Positions 32,710 to 46,391 are shown, numbered from the stretch's first letter. The stretch: 64,000 nucleotides of DNA from an uncultured Planctomycetaceae bacterium (GCA_963813715.1 CAWFAK010000016.1:192001-256000); one strand, 5' to 3'. The notes: generated by a model not told the origin, from the letters alone. Translations and numbers: made by a program.

Positions 32710-33516
32710 TTAGAAGATGTGCCCTTCCTGGGGACCGTCTTTGGTCAGCGTCAGGATTTCGGGGCCGTCGTCGGTCATCAGGATCGTGTGCTCGAACTGG
32801 GCCGACAGGCTGCCGTCCTTCGTCCGCACCGTCCACTTGTCTTTGTGATCGAGCACCGTCTCCCAGGTGCCGACGTTGAGCATCGGCTCGATGGTGAAGC
32901 AGACGCCGGGCGGGATCAGTTCGCCCACGTTGTTGGGGTGCGGGAAGTGAGGGATGCCCGGATCCTGGTGGAATTGTCGGCCGATCCCGTGCCCTTGGTA
33001 CTCCTTGACGACGGCAAAGCCCTCGGCCTCGGCGTGCTCGGAGATCGCCGCACCAATGTCGATCACCCGGCCATTGGGCTTGATCGCGCGGATGCCGCGA
33101 TAGAGACAGTCGAAGGTCACCTGCACGAGACGGCGGGCGGTGTCGGACACATTGCCGATGAGAAGTGTCTCGGACTGATCGCCGTACCAGCCGGCGACGA
33201 TCGTCGTCAGGTCGACATTGATGATGTCCCCGTCGCGGAGCACCGTTTTATCGGGAATCCCGTGGCAGACGACTTCGTTGATGCTCGTGCAGATGCTCTT
33301 GGGAAAGCCCTGGTAGCCCAGGCACGCCGGGATGTGGCCGTGATCGAGCGTGTATTCGTGGACAAGCCGATCGAGCTGAGCAGTCGTCACGCCGGCGACG
33401 ACCTTCGGGCGGATGAAGTCCAACAGCTGGGCGTTGAAGCGGCCCGCGGCGCGGAGCCCTTCGCGCTCGGATTCGTCATAAATCGGAATGGCCGGGGCGG
33501 AACGCTTTCGACGCAC
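32710..33516 (-). CDS. map: type I methionine aminopeptidase
   Basis: [33 protein letters not shown]; start estimated at GTG 33516. Confidence 0.93.
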   Translation of the reverse strand: MRRKRSAPAIPIYDESEREGLRAAGRFNAQLLDFIRPKVVAGVTTAQLDRLVHEYTLDHGHIPACLGYQGFPKSICTSINEVVCHGIPDKTVLRDGDIINVDLTTIVAGWYGDQSETLLIGNVSDTARRLVQVTFDCLYRGIRAIKPNGRVIDIGAAISEHAEAEGFAVVKEYQGHGIGRQFHQDPGIPHFPHPNNVGELIPPGVCFTIEPMLNVGTWETVLDHKDKWTVRTKDGSLSAQFEHTILMTDDGPEILTLTKDGPQEGHIF

Positions 33517-33640
33517 GACGACTGGTTCTTTATCCGGATCGTTTATGATGGTCTCAAACCGCTGGTTCGCAGCCTTGCCAATTGTCGTGATCGCGGCGGT
33601 CAAGTTCAACTCGTTTGTCCCGCTTTGAAGCTGATCCTTC

Positions 33641-34431
33641 GTGACTCGTCGCGCGCCACGCAAGCAAAAACAATCCGCCTTGATGGGCAACCACCAGCGG
33701 TGCTGGATCTGGGGCCGCCTGCCCGTGATGGAAACATTGGAAGCGGGCCGTTGGCGTCCGCTGGAAATCCGGCTCGACGAACGGCTGCCGGCCGCAGGAA
33801 CGCGACGAGGTCCTGCGGCACGCGGAGCGGCTGGACGTGCACTGCGACTTTCGAGCCTGCGGCGGCGCTCGAGCGCTTGTGCCGTTCTGGCGAGCATCAA
33901 GGTTACCTCGCCAAGATGCCCCCCTATCCGTATGAAGATGCGGACGATCTTCTCCAGTCACGCCCACCTGTTCCGTTTTATATCGTCTTGGACGCCATCC
34001 AGGATCCATTCAATTTTGGCGCCGTTCTGCGGAGCGCGGACGCCTTTGGCGTGGATGGCGTGTTTGTTGGCGCGACGCAGCAGGCGGAAGTTTCGAGCCT
34101 GGTCGTGAGGGCCTCCTCGGGAGCCGTCAATCACGTGCGTCTCGCCCGCGTCGATGAATTGCCGACGTGGATCGCGCGGCTCAAGGCCGAGGGCGTACGC
34201 GTCGTCGGCACGGCACCGGCGGCGCGGCGTGACGTCTCGCAAGTCGATCTCCGCGGCCCGACGGCACTCGTTCTGGGTAATGAGGCGGTCGGAATCCGCC
34301 CGCAGATTCTAGAGCTGTGCGACGAGCGCGTCGCCATTCGCCAGCACGGCCGAGTGGGCTCGCTGAATGCGGCTGTGGCAGCCGGGATTTTGTTCTACGA
34401 GGTTGCGCGGCAGCGCACGCGGCGTGTCTAG
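33641..34431 (+). CDS. SpoU/TrmH-family (RlmB-like) RNA methyltransferase (indel near 33800)
   Basis: N-terminal [12 protein letters not shown] in ORF 33641..34108; [20 protein letters not shown] and SLNAAVA in the 34431 frame. Confidence 0.82.
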
Positions 34432-34488
34432 ACGCCGCAGGTTCTGAGACTCTCGGCCGCTGACTTTGTTCCGCCGCGGCTGGTCGGG

Positions 34489-35403
34489 GTGGAAATGAGT
34501 TGCCGCGTCGCGCATGCTCAACTTGTGGCAGTCCACCTGAGAAATCCTCATAGCATTCTCGCGACGTTCGCGAGGCGGCCCGAAGCGGTCATCGACGTGC
34601 GATTGCCCGCGGGACCGGCGTCGGACGCGTGGCGGGACGTCGAGCGTTTGGCGCGGGAATATCGCGTCCCGGTCGTCCGCGGCGCCACGCACGGCGAGCG
34701 GGTCGGTCGCCGCGGCCAGCGCGAGGCGGAGGGAGGCCGTGGGGGAATTGCCGAAGCGACCGTCAAGGAACACCCCGAGGTGCCGCTGGAAGTCTTGTTC
34801 GGCGTCGACTCGCCCGCGAGCGGGCAGGCCGACAGTGTTCAGGACAACGGTGTCCCGGACAACGGCGCTCAAGACAGCGTCGCCCAAGACACCGGCGGGC
34901 GGCGCTCGGGCCATCGGCTTTGGCTGGCCCTCGATCAACTGCAAGACCCGCACAACGTCGGGGCCATCTTTCGCACGGCCGCCTTCTTCGGTATCGCCGG
35001 CATCCTGCTGACGCGCGATCGGTCCGCTCCGCTCAACGGCACGGTTTATGACGTCGCCTCCGGAGCGCTCGAGGTTGTTCCTTTTTCGCACCCGGCGAAC
35101 CTGAGCCGCGGCCTCGAGATCGCCAAGGCTGCCGGCCTGTGGGTGCTGGGGGCTTCGGAGCATGCAGAGCAGGATGTGTGCGCCGTCGATCGCGATCGCT
35201 CGTGGCTCTTGGTGTTGGGCAATGAAGAGCGCGGCTTGCGGCGTTTGACACTCGACACCTGCGACGAAACATGCCGCCTGACCGCGCGGGGCGAGATCGG
35301 CTCGCTCAACGTGTCCGTCGCCGCCGGTGTGCTGATGGCCCTGCTGTCGCCCGGAACCGGCCGTGACCAAAGTCCGCTGGCGGGCAAGCCGCGACTCGAC
35401 TGA
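34489..35403 (+). CDS. SpoU/TrmH-family (RlmB-like) RNA methyltransferase
   Basis: QDPHNVGAIFRTA, GNEERG, SLNVSVA. Confidence 0.88.
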   Translation: MEMSCRVAHAQLVAVHLRNPHSILATFARRPEAVIDVRLPAGPASDAWRDVERLAREYRVPVVRGATHGERVGRRGQREAEGGRGGIAEATVKEHPEVPLEVLFGVDSPASGQADSVQDNGVPDNGAQDSVAQDTGGRRSGHRLWLALDQLQDPHNVGAIFRTAAFFGIAGILLTRDRSAPLNGTVYDVASGALEVVPFSHPANLSRGLEIAKAAGLWVLGASEHAEQDVCAVDRDRSWLLVLGNEERGLRRLTLDTCDETCRLTARGEIGSLNVSVAAGVLMALLSPGTGRDQSPLAGKPRLD

Positions 35404-35711
35404 GCTCGCCGAAGCCCAGTGCCACCCGGCTGAGCCGCCTGCCTGCCGCTACAAACGTGTCCCGCTATAAACGCGACAATCGGCGCATCCGGATCAACCG
35501 GACTGTCCCTCGGCAGGCCACGTGCCTCCGAACGGCAGGCGGGCTGCTTTGGCGCCGTGCGGGTCAAAAACTACCAGGAACGGGCGCACCCTACGACCGT
35601 TGCCGTCGTAAAGGTGGCCTCTCTTCAGCCTCTGTCTCGGCGCCCCTTGGTTGACGGCCACAAGCCATGGCATAGCCTTCCCTTCGGATTGTCCCGCGGA
35701 TTGGCCCAAGC

Positions 35712-37304
<1,593 letters not shown>

Positions 37305-37418
37305 CGGCTGCAAATTGCGAACGCTCGTCGCGGACGGGAACAGGCGCCGTTTAGAATGGGTGAGCTGCATTCCGACGGAGCCCGATCCTCGAACGCCGGC
37401 CTGGGAGACGCCTTTCAC

Positions 37419-39087
37419 GTGGAGCCGCATCCGCTTCGCTTCCTCCGCAATCTCGGTCGCAGCGGCGAGATTGCCGCGGTCTTCGTCAAGCACGGCTTCG
37501 GCGACGTCGTGGACCGCATCCGCATGCAGCGCTACGTGCCGCTGGGGCCGTCGCGTCATTCTGCGGCAGCCGACCCTGTCCGACGTTCACGAATCGCGGG
37601 CGCGTCGCTTTCGCCGGGCACTCGAAGACCTGGGTCCAACATTCGTGAAGTTCGGCCAGGTGCTCAGCACGCGTGCCGACCTGATCCCGCTCGACGTGAT
37701 CGAAGAGCTCCGGTTGTTGCAGGAGCACGTACGGCCCTTCCCCTACGAGGAAGCGATCGCGACGGTCGAGCGGGAGCTGGGACGGCCCGCCACGGAGCTG
37801 TTTGCCGTCTTCGACCCGAAGCCCATCGCCTCGGCATCGCTCTCGCAGGTCCACAAGGCGATCGGCCACGACGGCCGGGTGCTGGCCGTCAAAATCCGCC
37901 GGCCCAACGTGCCTCGCGAGGTCGAGCGCGATCTGTCGTTGATGACCGAGCTGGCGCTCTTGATCCAGAACCACATTCCCGAAGCGGACGTCTTCGATCC
38001 GGTGGGGCTCGTCAATCATTTTGCCCGCACGATCCGTCGCGAGGTCAACTTCTCCCGCGAGGGGCGAACCGTCGAGGAGTTTTCCCGTTTCTTTCGCAAC
38101 GATGCCACGCTCGTCATCCCCAAGGTGCACTGGGATCTGACCGCCGAGGCCGTGTTGACGATGGATTTCGTCGAAGGCTGCCGCATCGACGACCGGGTGA
38201 CGCTGGACGGTTTGGGCATTCAATCGCCGTTTCTGGCGGCCAACGGCGCGCGGATCTTCATGAAGATGGCGTTCGAGATCGGCGTATTTCACGGCGATCC
38301 GCATCCGGGGAACATGCGCGTCCTGCCCGACGGCACCATCTGCCTGCTCGATTTCGGCATGGTCGGCATCCTCGACGACGACAAACGCGAGCTCTTGGTC
38401 GATCTGTTCGTGGCCGTGCAGCGGCATGACGTCGGCCGCGCGGTCGAGCTGGTGCTCGCGCTCGGTCAGCCCTTTCGCCCGATCGATAGACCGTTGTTGC
38501 GGGCCGACGTTCGCGACTTCATCGAGAATTACTACGGCGTCCCGCTCGAGCAGTTGCACGTCGGCCGGATGCTGACGGACTTTGCAGCCGTCATGCTCCA
38601 TCACGGGATTCGCTGCCCGGCGGACCTGATGTTGTTGATCCGCTGCCTGGTGACGCTCGAGGGGGTGGGGCGGAGCCTGGACCCCGCCTTTAACCTGGCC
38701 GCCCACTTGGCGCCGTTCGTCGAGCGGATCGTGTCCGAACGTTACAGCCCGCGGCACATGGTCGACGGATTCCTCGACGAGTCGCGCAAGCTGGCCCAAC
38801 TGGCCCGCGACGTGCCGCACTACGTGGGGCGCTCGCTGGAGAAGCTCAGCAAGGGCGAGTTGCGCGTACAGTTCGAGCACACCGGTCTCGATCGGCTGAT
38901 GACCGAACTCGATCGATCGAGCAACCGGGTGGTAATTGGACTCGTCGTGTCGGCGTTGATCCTGGCCTCGTCTCTGGCGCTCCGCACCGGGTCGGAATCG
39001 GTCTGGTTTTCCGTTCCGCTATTCGTTTTGTCGAGTTTGCTGGGAATCTGGCTGATTTACGGAGTTTTCCGTAGCGGCCGATTGTGA
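37419..39087 (+). CDS. AarF/ABC1/UbiB-family kinase (indel near 37540)
   Basis: [39 protein letters not shown]-terminal TM pair; GTG 37419 with SD GGAG. Confidence 0.88.
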
Positions 39088-39456
39088 CGGCACCCGCTGA
39101 CGCTCGCGAATTGCCGGGTCTGACGGATTTGCCGACGCGGACTGCCAACCGCGCCGTTGAGAGGCCGTCAAGCGACCATCAGCAGTTTCACCGACGCCCG
39201 CGCTGTCGATGCCGTCAAGCAACTGCTGCTTTCTTGGCACGCACGCAGGCGCCTCCGTGTGGCGATTTCGCCGCGCCCGGTTTGGCCGCGCGTTGACGCG
39301 GGGCAACGTCCTCGCACGATCACGCGGTGTTCGGCAAATCGCGCCAATTGCAATTTTGCGAAGCGCCAACCGCGACCTATGCTTGCGATAACATAGGTAA
39401 AAAAAATCCCATCCCGCTCTCAACCACTTGCGGAGGCAGCTCGCCGGAGGTAAGCC

Positions 39457-39630
39457 ATGAAAAGCTTGATTCGGTTCTTTACAGACGACAGCGCTGCAAC
39501 CGCGGTTGAGTACGCGGTGATGTTGTCGTTGATCCTGATGGCGGTCTTCGCGACCGTTGCAGCTCTCGGCGGGAATCTGAGCGCCAAGTACACGAGCATC
39601 GAGACTCAGATCACGGCCCACGGCGGCTGA
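39457..39630 (+). CDS. Flp/Fap family type IVb pilin (57 aa)
   Basis: MKSLIRFFTDDSAATAVEYAVMLSLI...; SD GGAGG; below the ORF-track length cutoff. Confidence 0.9.
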   Translation: MKSLIRFFTDDSAATAVEYAVMLSLILMAVFATVAALGGNLSAKYTSIETQITAHGG

Positions 39631-39711
39631 TCGTTAGCGGGTTCGCTCGTTAACGTTCGCCGCGCTGAGTGTTTGCAGCACGCGAGCGCCGCGAGCGCGA
39701 TCGAACGGTCG

Positions 39712-40452
39712 ATGACTGTTGACTGTTACATTGCCTTGGGTGGCAACGTCGGCGACGTCGAGCAGAATTTCCGCGCGGCCCTGGCCGGCCTGGCGGCCAC
39801 CTCTGGGGTCGACGCGGTTTCTCTTAGCCCTGTCTTTCGCACCCAGCCGGTCGGGCAATGGGCAGGGCGCGAATTCTTGAACGCGGCCGCCCGGGTCGAC
39901 ACGAGCCTCGAGCCGTTGGCTCTGCTCGAGCTGCTGCAGGAGCTGGAACGCCGGGCCGGACCCCGGACCGGTCCGCGGTGGGGACCGCGAGCTCTCGACC
40001 TGGATTTGATCTTTTACGGCGATCGGACCATCGACGATCCGCGCCTGCAAGTTCCGCATCCCGCGAGTTGGTATCGACGATTCGTGCTCGACCCGCTGGC
40101 TGAAATCGCCGGCGACGTGTCACATCCGACCAAAACGCGCACGGTGGCTGAGCTGCGCGAGCGTTTGCTCCGCCGCCCATTGCGACTGTCGTTAGCGGGG
40201 GCATCCCGCTCCGCTCGTGAGAGGCTCCGTCGCATTCTGGGAGGACCGGGCATTGAAATCGGCCATTGGGCCGACCAACCGGGGCGAGCGGGAGCGTCGG
40301 CCGACCCGGAATTGCTCGCGTGGCTGGGGCCGTCGGACGACGAACCGGAACTTCAGTTCAGCTCTTTGCCCGCGTTGCCGCGACTCGACGCTTCCGGCAC
40401 GACCGATCCGGTCGGGTTCTTGCGCGACGTGTTGCACTCGGCGCTGGGCTAA
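39712..40452 (+). CDS. folK: 2-amino-4-hydroxy-6-hydroxymethyldihydropteridine diphosphokinase with C-terminal extension
   Basis: YIALGGNVG, FLNAA, RWGPRALDLDL, VPHP..RRFVLDPL. Confidence 0.9.
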   Translation: MTVDCYIALGGNVGDVEQNFRAALAGLAATSGVDAVSLSPVFRTQPVGQWAGREFLNAAARVDTSLEPLALLELLQELERRAGPRTGPRWGPRALDLDLIFYGDRTIDDPRLQVPHPASWYRRFVLDPLAEIAGDVSHPTKTRTVAELRERLLRRPLRLSLAGASRSARERLRRILGGPGIEIGHWADQPGRAGASADPELLAWLGPSDDEPELQFSSLPALPRLDASGTTDPVGFLRDVLHSALG

Positions 40453-40467
40453 GCCGCGAAGCGACGA

Positions 40468-40497
40468 TCGAGATCGTCACGGTCGAGATCGTCACGG
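40468..40497. repeat. 15-bp tandem duplication TCGAGATCGTCACGG x2
   Basis: Directly visible between convergent gene ends. Confidence 0.75.
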
Positions 40498-43382
40498 TGT
40501 GCTAGACGGTCGCAGGCGGAGCGGGTTCAAAAAACCGGACATGGGGGACACGCGCTGGGCGTCCGGGCGCTCGAACGGGGGATCGGACTCGCGGGCCGCG
40601 CGAATCGTGGCGACCTGGTGGGGGATCACCTGCAGGTCGTCGAACAGCACCTCGCCCATGCCGTGCAGCGTGAGAGTCAGCGTGTAGGGCCCATCCGCGC
40701 GGACCTCGCGGAGTGTTTGGAAGCGCTGCCAACCGCTTTTCTCAGTGAAACGCAAGGCGCCGAGCATCCGGTCGATGTTGTCGTGCACGGTGATTCCGTC
40801 GAGGCTGTGAGCCGGCGGCGCGATGACTTTCACCCAACCGCTCACGTGCAGGATCTGTCCACGGCGGACCATCATCGCCGGGCTGGTGACTGCGACCGGC
40901 GGCTTGGTGATGATCTCCGGCGCGTCGATTCCCGTGACGGGAATGGCGATGAGGCGTAGCGACGATTTTCCCTTGTGCGGGGAGGGATAGGTTTCAGCCC
41001 TGACACTAACCCCTTCGGTCGGGTGCTGCGATTGCGTCCAGCCGGCCAGGATGGCCCGCTTGTTCTCGAAGTCTCCCGAGGGGAGCCGGTTCTCCTGGGG
41101 GTTGTCTGCCGTCCGTCCCAGCCGCTGGATGAGACGGTGGTGATCGGGCAAAGTCTGGAAGCAGACCGTGTACGGGCTGGTGATCGGGCCGTATTCGCTC
41201 TGGGTGACCGATTCATTCCAGTACGCGTATTGCAGCACGCGTAAGGCCTGCATGCAGTCGCCGGCCGCGTCCCGAGCTTTCTCGAAATCTTTCCCCTGGA
41301 TGGCCCATTCAGCCTTCTGCAGGGATTGCTCGGCGCCGGAGATCAGTCGCAGACTGTCAGGTTGAGCGGCGCCCAGCTGCGTCAGCTCCGCATCGACCTT
41401 GCGCACGCGCTCGAGCTTGGCTTTGGCCAAGTCGATCGAAATCCGGCACTCGCCGGCGCGATCTGCCGAATATGTTCCTCGACCTGGTCTTTCCACCCGC
41501 TGTCCGACGACACAAGAATAATCGCCGTCTGATCGAACTTCGGCAGCGTCACCAGGTAGTTCCCGACCGTCTTCTGTTTGGCGAGGGACAGCAGTCCGGT
41601 CGTCTTCAGCTCCCAAAAACGGGCCGTTTCGGACGGTTCGGGGATCAGTACCTTGGCGTCTTTTGCGGCGAGCTTGCCCGGCACGTACTGCGCGTCATGA
41701 GCGGGCCACGAGGCGACGACCAGCTTATAGCCGGGAGCTTGAAAGACGGTCGCGACCATTTCGGTCGGCATCAGCTTCTTGTTCTTGGCTTGCGTGTCGG
41801 CCTCGGCCAGGTTCTGGCGGACCGACCGTTCCAGGTCGCTGGCATCGCGGGGGAAATCGACGAGCTTTCGGGTCGGCTTCGGAAGTTTTTCGTCGACTCT
41901 GAAGGTGACGGCCTCGGCGAGGTTGGCCGTCGCCAAGAATGGTTCGATCAGCCCCAACTCGAGATTGAGCTGGGCGATCTGCAACCGTCGTTCGACGGCT
42001 CCGACGGCGTTGCTTTCCAGCGAAGTGCGGCTCCAATATCCGAATCCGCGGCAGCCCGCCATGATGGCCGAATACAACTGCAGCCGGATCTGTTCCGGCT
42101 CGAGCACGGCTGGGGCCATTCGAAACTCCGTCCGCCAGTCGTTCATGTTGGGAGCCGCTTCGGTCTGGATCCAGGTGAAGAGATACGTGCCGGGATTCGC
42201 GAGACGCGAGCGCTCCATCAGCCAATTGCGATAGTCCTTGAGCGTGAAGGACGTCCCGAAGACGTGGCGGCTGGTGCCGAGCATCGAGACGTAGCGCGAA
42301 TAGCCGCGCTCGTCCTCCACCACGTCGATCAGCGTGGGACGCCGCAGCCGATAATCGTGAGCCCGCAGCTGTTCGAGCCGCGCCATCACGTCTTCCCGAT
42401 CCTGCGACGACATCCAGGTGCCGAGATACCACAGCAGGATCTCGGGGGACTCGTACGCGCACGGCGTGGCCCGGACGCCCTCGGCCGAGAGTTGCTCGAC
42501 CGGCGCCGGGTCGGTGGGGGGCTCGGCAGCCGCAAAGATCCCGCGCTGGCGGAGCGCCGCGAGCCGCACGTGGTCCTTGGCGCTACGGACATAGACCGTG
42601 TTGACATGCAGTTGTTTGAAGGTCTCCAGATCCTCGGCATGGTCGATGACCATCACGGCCAGTCTCGGCCGGCCGTTGACCTCGAACTGCCCCTGGCGGA
42701 TCGCGGCAATCGGCTGCAAGGGGCGCGGCTGCTCGCGCACGGGCCGCGCTGCGACTTCGATCAATGGCTCGACGCGCGGATCGCTGAGTGCGATTTTCAG
42801 CGGCTCGGGTCCCAGCGGACAGGTGAGCGTCACGCGGTCGACGTAGCTACCCGAAACGTCGAGAGTCTCGGTCCGAAAGCGCCAGCGCAACAGGCGGATT
42901 TCCCGCTTCAACAACTTATCGAGAGGGCCCACCACCAGCTGCTGCCAGCGGCCAGTATCGGAATAGTCCAACCGCTGGTCTTCTTCCTGGATCCAGCTCT
43001 CGAGGGTCTTTCCGCTCTCGGGATCTTTTTGATTCGGAAACACGACGTGCATCAAGAAACGGGCTCCGGGCCGGTTCGCGCGGATCCAGACCGAGGCCTT
43101 GAGTTCGGGGAGCGTTAAACACGGTTTGGCCAGCCAATTGTCGAAGAAGATGGCCGCTCCGTTGCGACTCCCCTCGACCAGGACCTCTTCGCCGGGTCCA
43201 CCGTTATAGCCCCAGTGCGCATCTCGACGGTGCTCGACCTGACCGGGTGCCAGAGAGACTTTCCAGAGAAGCGCATCAGGGGCGGGAGCGGTCCCGTCGC
43301 CACGCGCAGTCACTGCCCAGCGGGGTGCGGCCACAACCGCCCCGCAGAAACAGATGACCCAGACGAGCCGAGCAACCCGCAT
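40492..43382 (-). CDS. large exported hypothetical protein (one indel near 41450), possibly glycoside-hydrolase-like barrel plus C-terminal CBM-like domain
   Basis: Signal-peptide-like N-terminus from ATG 43382; ORFs 41382..43484 and 40492..41616 join; 'LPSGDFEN' CBM-like start. The fold assignment is inference. Confidence 0.6.
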
Positions 43383-43772
43383 CGTGCTGCCGCATCCAAG
43401 GCCGAATCGAACCACGTCTCTGCGTTCGCTAGTCGCGCATTTTTCGTACCGCGCGCGGGCTTCGAGGGCCGGCGCACGGAGCACTCTGGCAAAACGTCAA
43501 GGCGGCCCGCGCAAACGTTGACGAAACGAAACTTCGAGGCCTCCGCGGGCCGCCAAACGTAAGTGGCGGATACTACTGGCTTTTGCACAATCGGCCAAGA
43601 TGAGGCGTGGCGTGCGGAGGACACGACCCATCATCGCCCGCAGTCGTCAAAGTTTCCGTAACTTACGCAGCCCAAAGGGCTTAATGTGGCGACTACTTGT
43701 TTTCGTCCTCGGTCCGGCACAGAATCTGTATCTACTCGATCGACACCAACGTCCCCTCTGACGCGACACAGC

Positions 43773-44048
43773 ATGCAGTCACGCTTGCCGGAAAACCCTC
43801 CCGACGAACTCCCCCGCGAACTCATCGATTTGGCGCGGACCATCGCGTCACTGCCGAACAGTTACCAGAACGAGCTGGAAACCGCTTACGTCCGCGTCGT
43901 CGACGCTGTCCGTCGCCGGCGTCGCATTTTGTCGCTAGTCCAAGAGGCCCTTTCTCAGTTGCGGCTCGACATCAAATACCTGATGTTCGACCTGGAAATG
44001 ACCCGCAAAGAGCGGGACGAGCTTCGCGAGCGACTGGGCGAACTCTGA
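43773..44048 (+). CDS. small coiled-coil hypothetical protein
   Basis: 91 aa; RRRRILSLVQEALSQLRLDIKYLMFDLEMTRKERD. Confidence 0.75.
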   Translation: MQSRLPENPPDELPRELIDLARTIASLPNSYQNELETAYVRVVDAVRRRRRILSLVQEALSQLRLDIKYLMFDLEMTRKERDELRERLGEL

Positions 44049-44073
44049 GTCGGGTTGAGAGCCAAACGCCTCC

Positions 44074-44871
44074 ATGCCGCTCATTCTCTATAAGCTGGGC
44101 GGCAGCCTGCTCACACTCCCGGACCTCGATTCGCGGCTGATGGTTCTCTTCAGGCAGCCGTTGCCCGCTCTGCTCGCGGTCACCGCAAGCCGGCCCGTCG
44201 CGCGGGCACTCCTCGTGGGTGGCGGCCGCACGGCCGACGTCGTTCGCGAATGGGACCGTCGTCATCGGCTGGGAGACCAGCGGTCGCACGACCTGGCCCT
44301 CGCAGCGATGGGCCTCAACGCGCGGCTCGTCAAATCGTTGTTGCCCGCTGCGGAGTGGGCGACGAAAAGGAATTCGATCGGCCGGCCGCGTGCTGGCGGC
44401 CGCGTCGCCGTGCTCGATCCGCAGGCCGTTCTCGACGAAGCCGAACGACAAGCCGCTGCTCGACTGCCCCGCTCTTGGGACGTCACGAGCGATTCCCTCG
44501 CCGCCTTTCTGGCGATCGAGTGGGGCGCTCGGGCGATCGTGCTCGTCAAATCGACGCCGCGCCCCGGCAGAAAAAATGTCCTTGAGGCAGCGCGCCGGGG
44601 CCTGGTCGACAAGCACTTTCCAGAGTTGGCGCCGCGGATTCCGGTCATTGCCTGGGTCAACCTGCGCACCGGCAGCCCTCCGTTGAACGCTGGTTGTGAC
44701 CGCAAATCCAAGAGTGCCGCAACGCCTTGTTTGTCGCAGTGTTCGTTCGCCGATGCTCGTTGCACGCGTGTGAAGGCCGCTCTACACTACCGGCATGGCG
44801 AAGCGTTCTCCGTGGTACAAGGATGGCTTGTCGTTCACATGCACGCAGTGCGGGAATTGCTGCACCGGTGA
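44074..44871 (+). CDS. amino-acid-kinase-fold protein, MfnE/Orf21-like (methanofuran-type cofactor biosynthesis); 3' end uncertain
   Basis: KLGGSL, GGG..AD.VR, LPRSWDVTSDSLAA, VDKHF. The overlap with the next gene suggests the true stop is near 44700. Confidence 0.7.
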   Translation: MPLILYKLGGSLLTLPDLDSRLMVLFRQPLPALLAVTASRPVARALLVGGGRTADVVREWDRRHRLGDQRSHDLALAAMGLNARLVKSLLPAAEWATKRNSIGRPRAGGRVAVLDPQAVLDEAERQAAARLPRSWDVTSDSLAAFLAIEWGARAIVLVKSTPRPGRKNVLEAARRGLVDKHFPELAPRIPVIAWVNLRTGSPPLNAGCDRKSKSAATPCLSQCSFADARCTRVKAALHYRHGEAFSVVQGWLVVHMHAVRELLHR

Positions 44872-45214
44872 GCCGGGTGTCGTGTGGGTCACCGAAGAGG
44901 AACTCGCCAAGATGGCCGAGGTCCGCGGTGAGTCGATCGACGAGGTGCGGAAGAATCACACGCGGCTGGTCGACAAGCGCGTCTCTCTGACCGAGCGTCC
45001 CAACGGCGACTGCACGTTCTTCGACCCGCAAACGCGGCACTGCACGGTCTACGGCGCTCGCCCCGCGCAATGCCGCACGTGGCCGTTTTGGAACTCGAAC
45101 CTCGAGAGCCGCGAGGACTGGAAGAGGACGCAACAGGCCTGTCCGGGAGCCGGACAGGGGCAGTTCTTCCCGCTCGAGGAAATCGAGCGACTGGCGCGCG
45201 TCATCGATATCTGA
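44795..45214 (+). CDS. YkgJ-family Cys-cluster (Zn/Fe-chelating) protein
   Basis: CTQCGNCC, DCTFF, CTVY..RP.QCR.WPFW, CPG. Confidence 0.9.
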   Translation: MAKRSPWYKDGLSFTCTQCGNCCTGEPGVVWVTEEELAKMAEVRGESIDEVRKNHTRLVDKRVSLTERPNGDCTFFDPQTRHCTVYGARPAQCRTWPFWNSNLESREDWKRTQQACPGAGQGQFFPLEEIERLARVIDI

Positions 45215-45224
45215 GAGCCGCGAG

Positions 45225-45431
45225 CTAGGGCTTGCCGCCCATCCGCGACCACATCCACGCGACCAATGCGGCGTGCAGCGCGAAGTGCAGCCAATAGAAG
45301 AACGGGGCTTCGTACCGGTCGATCCATTGGGGAATCGGGCAGGGGGAGCCTTCCGGGCAGTACGTTGCCACCACTCGTTCCGCGTACAGCTCATAGGCGA
45401 TGAAGAGCGTCAGCCCGACTGCGAGCAGCAA
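45225..45431 (-). CDS. small membrane hypothetical protein (start uncertain)
   Basis: Two hydrophobic segments; R.EAPFFYW motif. Confidence 0.45.
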   Translation of the reverse strand: MLLAVGLTLFIAYELYAERVVATYCPEGSPCPIPQWIDRYEAPFFYWLHFALHAALVAWMWSRMGGKP

Positions 45432-45630
45432 TTCGAAGGTTTCGATGGAACCAATCTCGACATGGCATTTTGTTCAGGTAAAATAGTGGCCATTTACGAG
45501 GGAGATAAACGGGAGCTCTCCCAGACTGGATCAACGCCGAGGCGCAAGTCCGCCAAACGGCCCTGTACCGGCTGTCTGGGTTTGATCCCGTGGTTCGGAG
45601 GCCCGGCGAAAAAAGCCCACGCGGAACGAC

Positions 45631-45660
45631 TTGACACTAAGTTCAACTTACCATTACAGT
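45631..45660 (+). promoter_or_regulatory. sigma70-type promoter of the HU/IHF gene
   Basis: TTGACA-N18-TACAGT. Confidence 0.5.
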
Positions 45661-45729
45661 TGAGACACCTCAGCGGGACACAAGTTACCAATGCCGGTCC
45701 GGTCGCATCTCTCGGGGGAGAATCGAAAC

Positions 45730-46083
45730 GTGACCAAAAAAGAAATCGTAAAATCGATTTCCGAAGAGATTGGTCTGACGCAACTCAAAACCAAAGAAAT
45801 CGTTCAGAAGACGTTCGACGCCATTATCGAGACCCTCGTTGCCGACCATCGGATCGAGCTACGCAACTTCGGCGTGTTCGAGGTCAAGAAGCGAGCGGCC
45901 CGCAAAGCGCGCAATCCGCGAACCGGCGAACGCGTGGATGTCGCGGAGAAATGGGTGGTTACGTTCAAACCCGGCAAGGAAATGGAAGAACGAGTTCGCC
46001 AGCTCGAAGAGGCCGCCGCTCAAGAAGCCGCCCGCGCAGCCGCAAATTCCTCCCCAACGCCAGAACCCGCACATCAGGCTTAA
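45730..46083 (+). CDS. HU/IHF-family nucleoid protein
   Basis: [28 protein letters not shown]. Confidence 0.93.
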   Translation: MTKKEIVKSISEEIGLTQLKTKEIVQKTFDAIIETLVADHRIELRNFGVFEVKKRAARKARNPRTGERVDVAEKWVVTFKPGKEMEERVRQLEEAAAQEAARAAANSSPTPEPAHQA

Positions 46084-46391
46084 CTTTTCTGCTTGAGCAA
46101 CCGATCTAATAGAAATATGTCGAGTCAACGACCGGGACGAAACTCTAGTCGGTTACCCCAGAACAGACGAGTCGAAGTCCTAAAGCGTTGAAGCGACGAC
46201 GGATCGAATCTCGGGAACCCGCACTCCCGTCCGACGACCCACCAGTTTCCCCGGTTCTCGGGGATAAGCCTCGACTGATCCTTTCGCCAAGTTTCTGTGG
46301 AGCCGAAAGCCCGGCCGTAAGCCGGGCGCGGACGAATTTCGCGCGCCGAGACGACTCGGCCGATGGAATTAATCCGTGGCGGAGGTGGAAG

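Noticed and set aside
32644..34431. 595-aa plus-strand ORF, and the 396-aa length given for map
   Set aside because: The 595-aa ORF is an antisense shadow of map joined to the frameshifted SpoU C-terminus; the map extension overlaps the divergent gene.
39300..39456. c-di-GMP-I riboswitch upstream of the Flp pilin
   Set aside because: GGCAAA is present, but I could not find the GNRA-capped P2 stem or the downstream GCAAAG/receptor elements.
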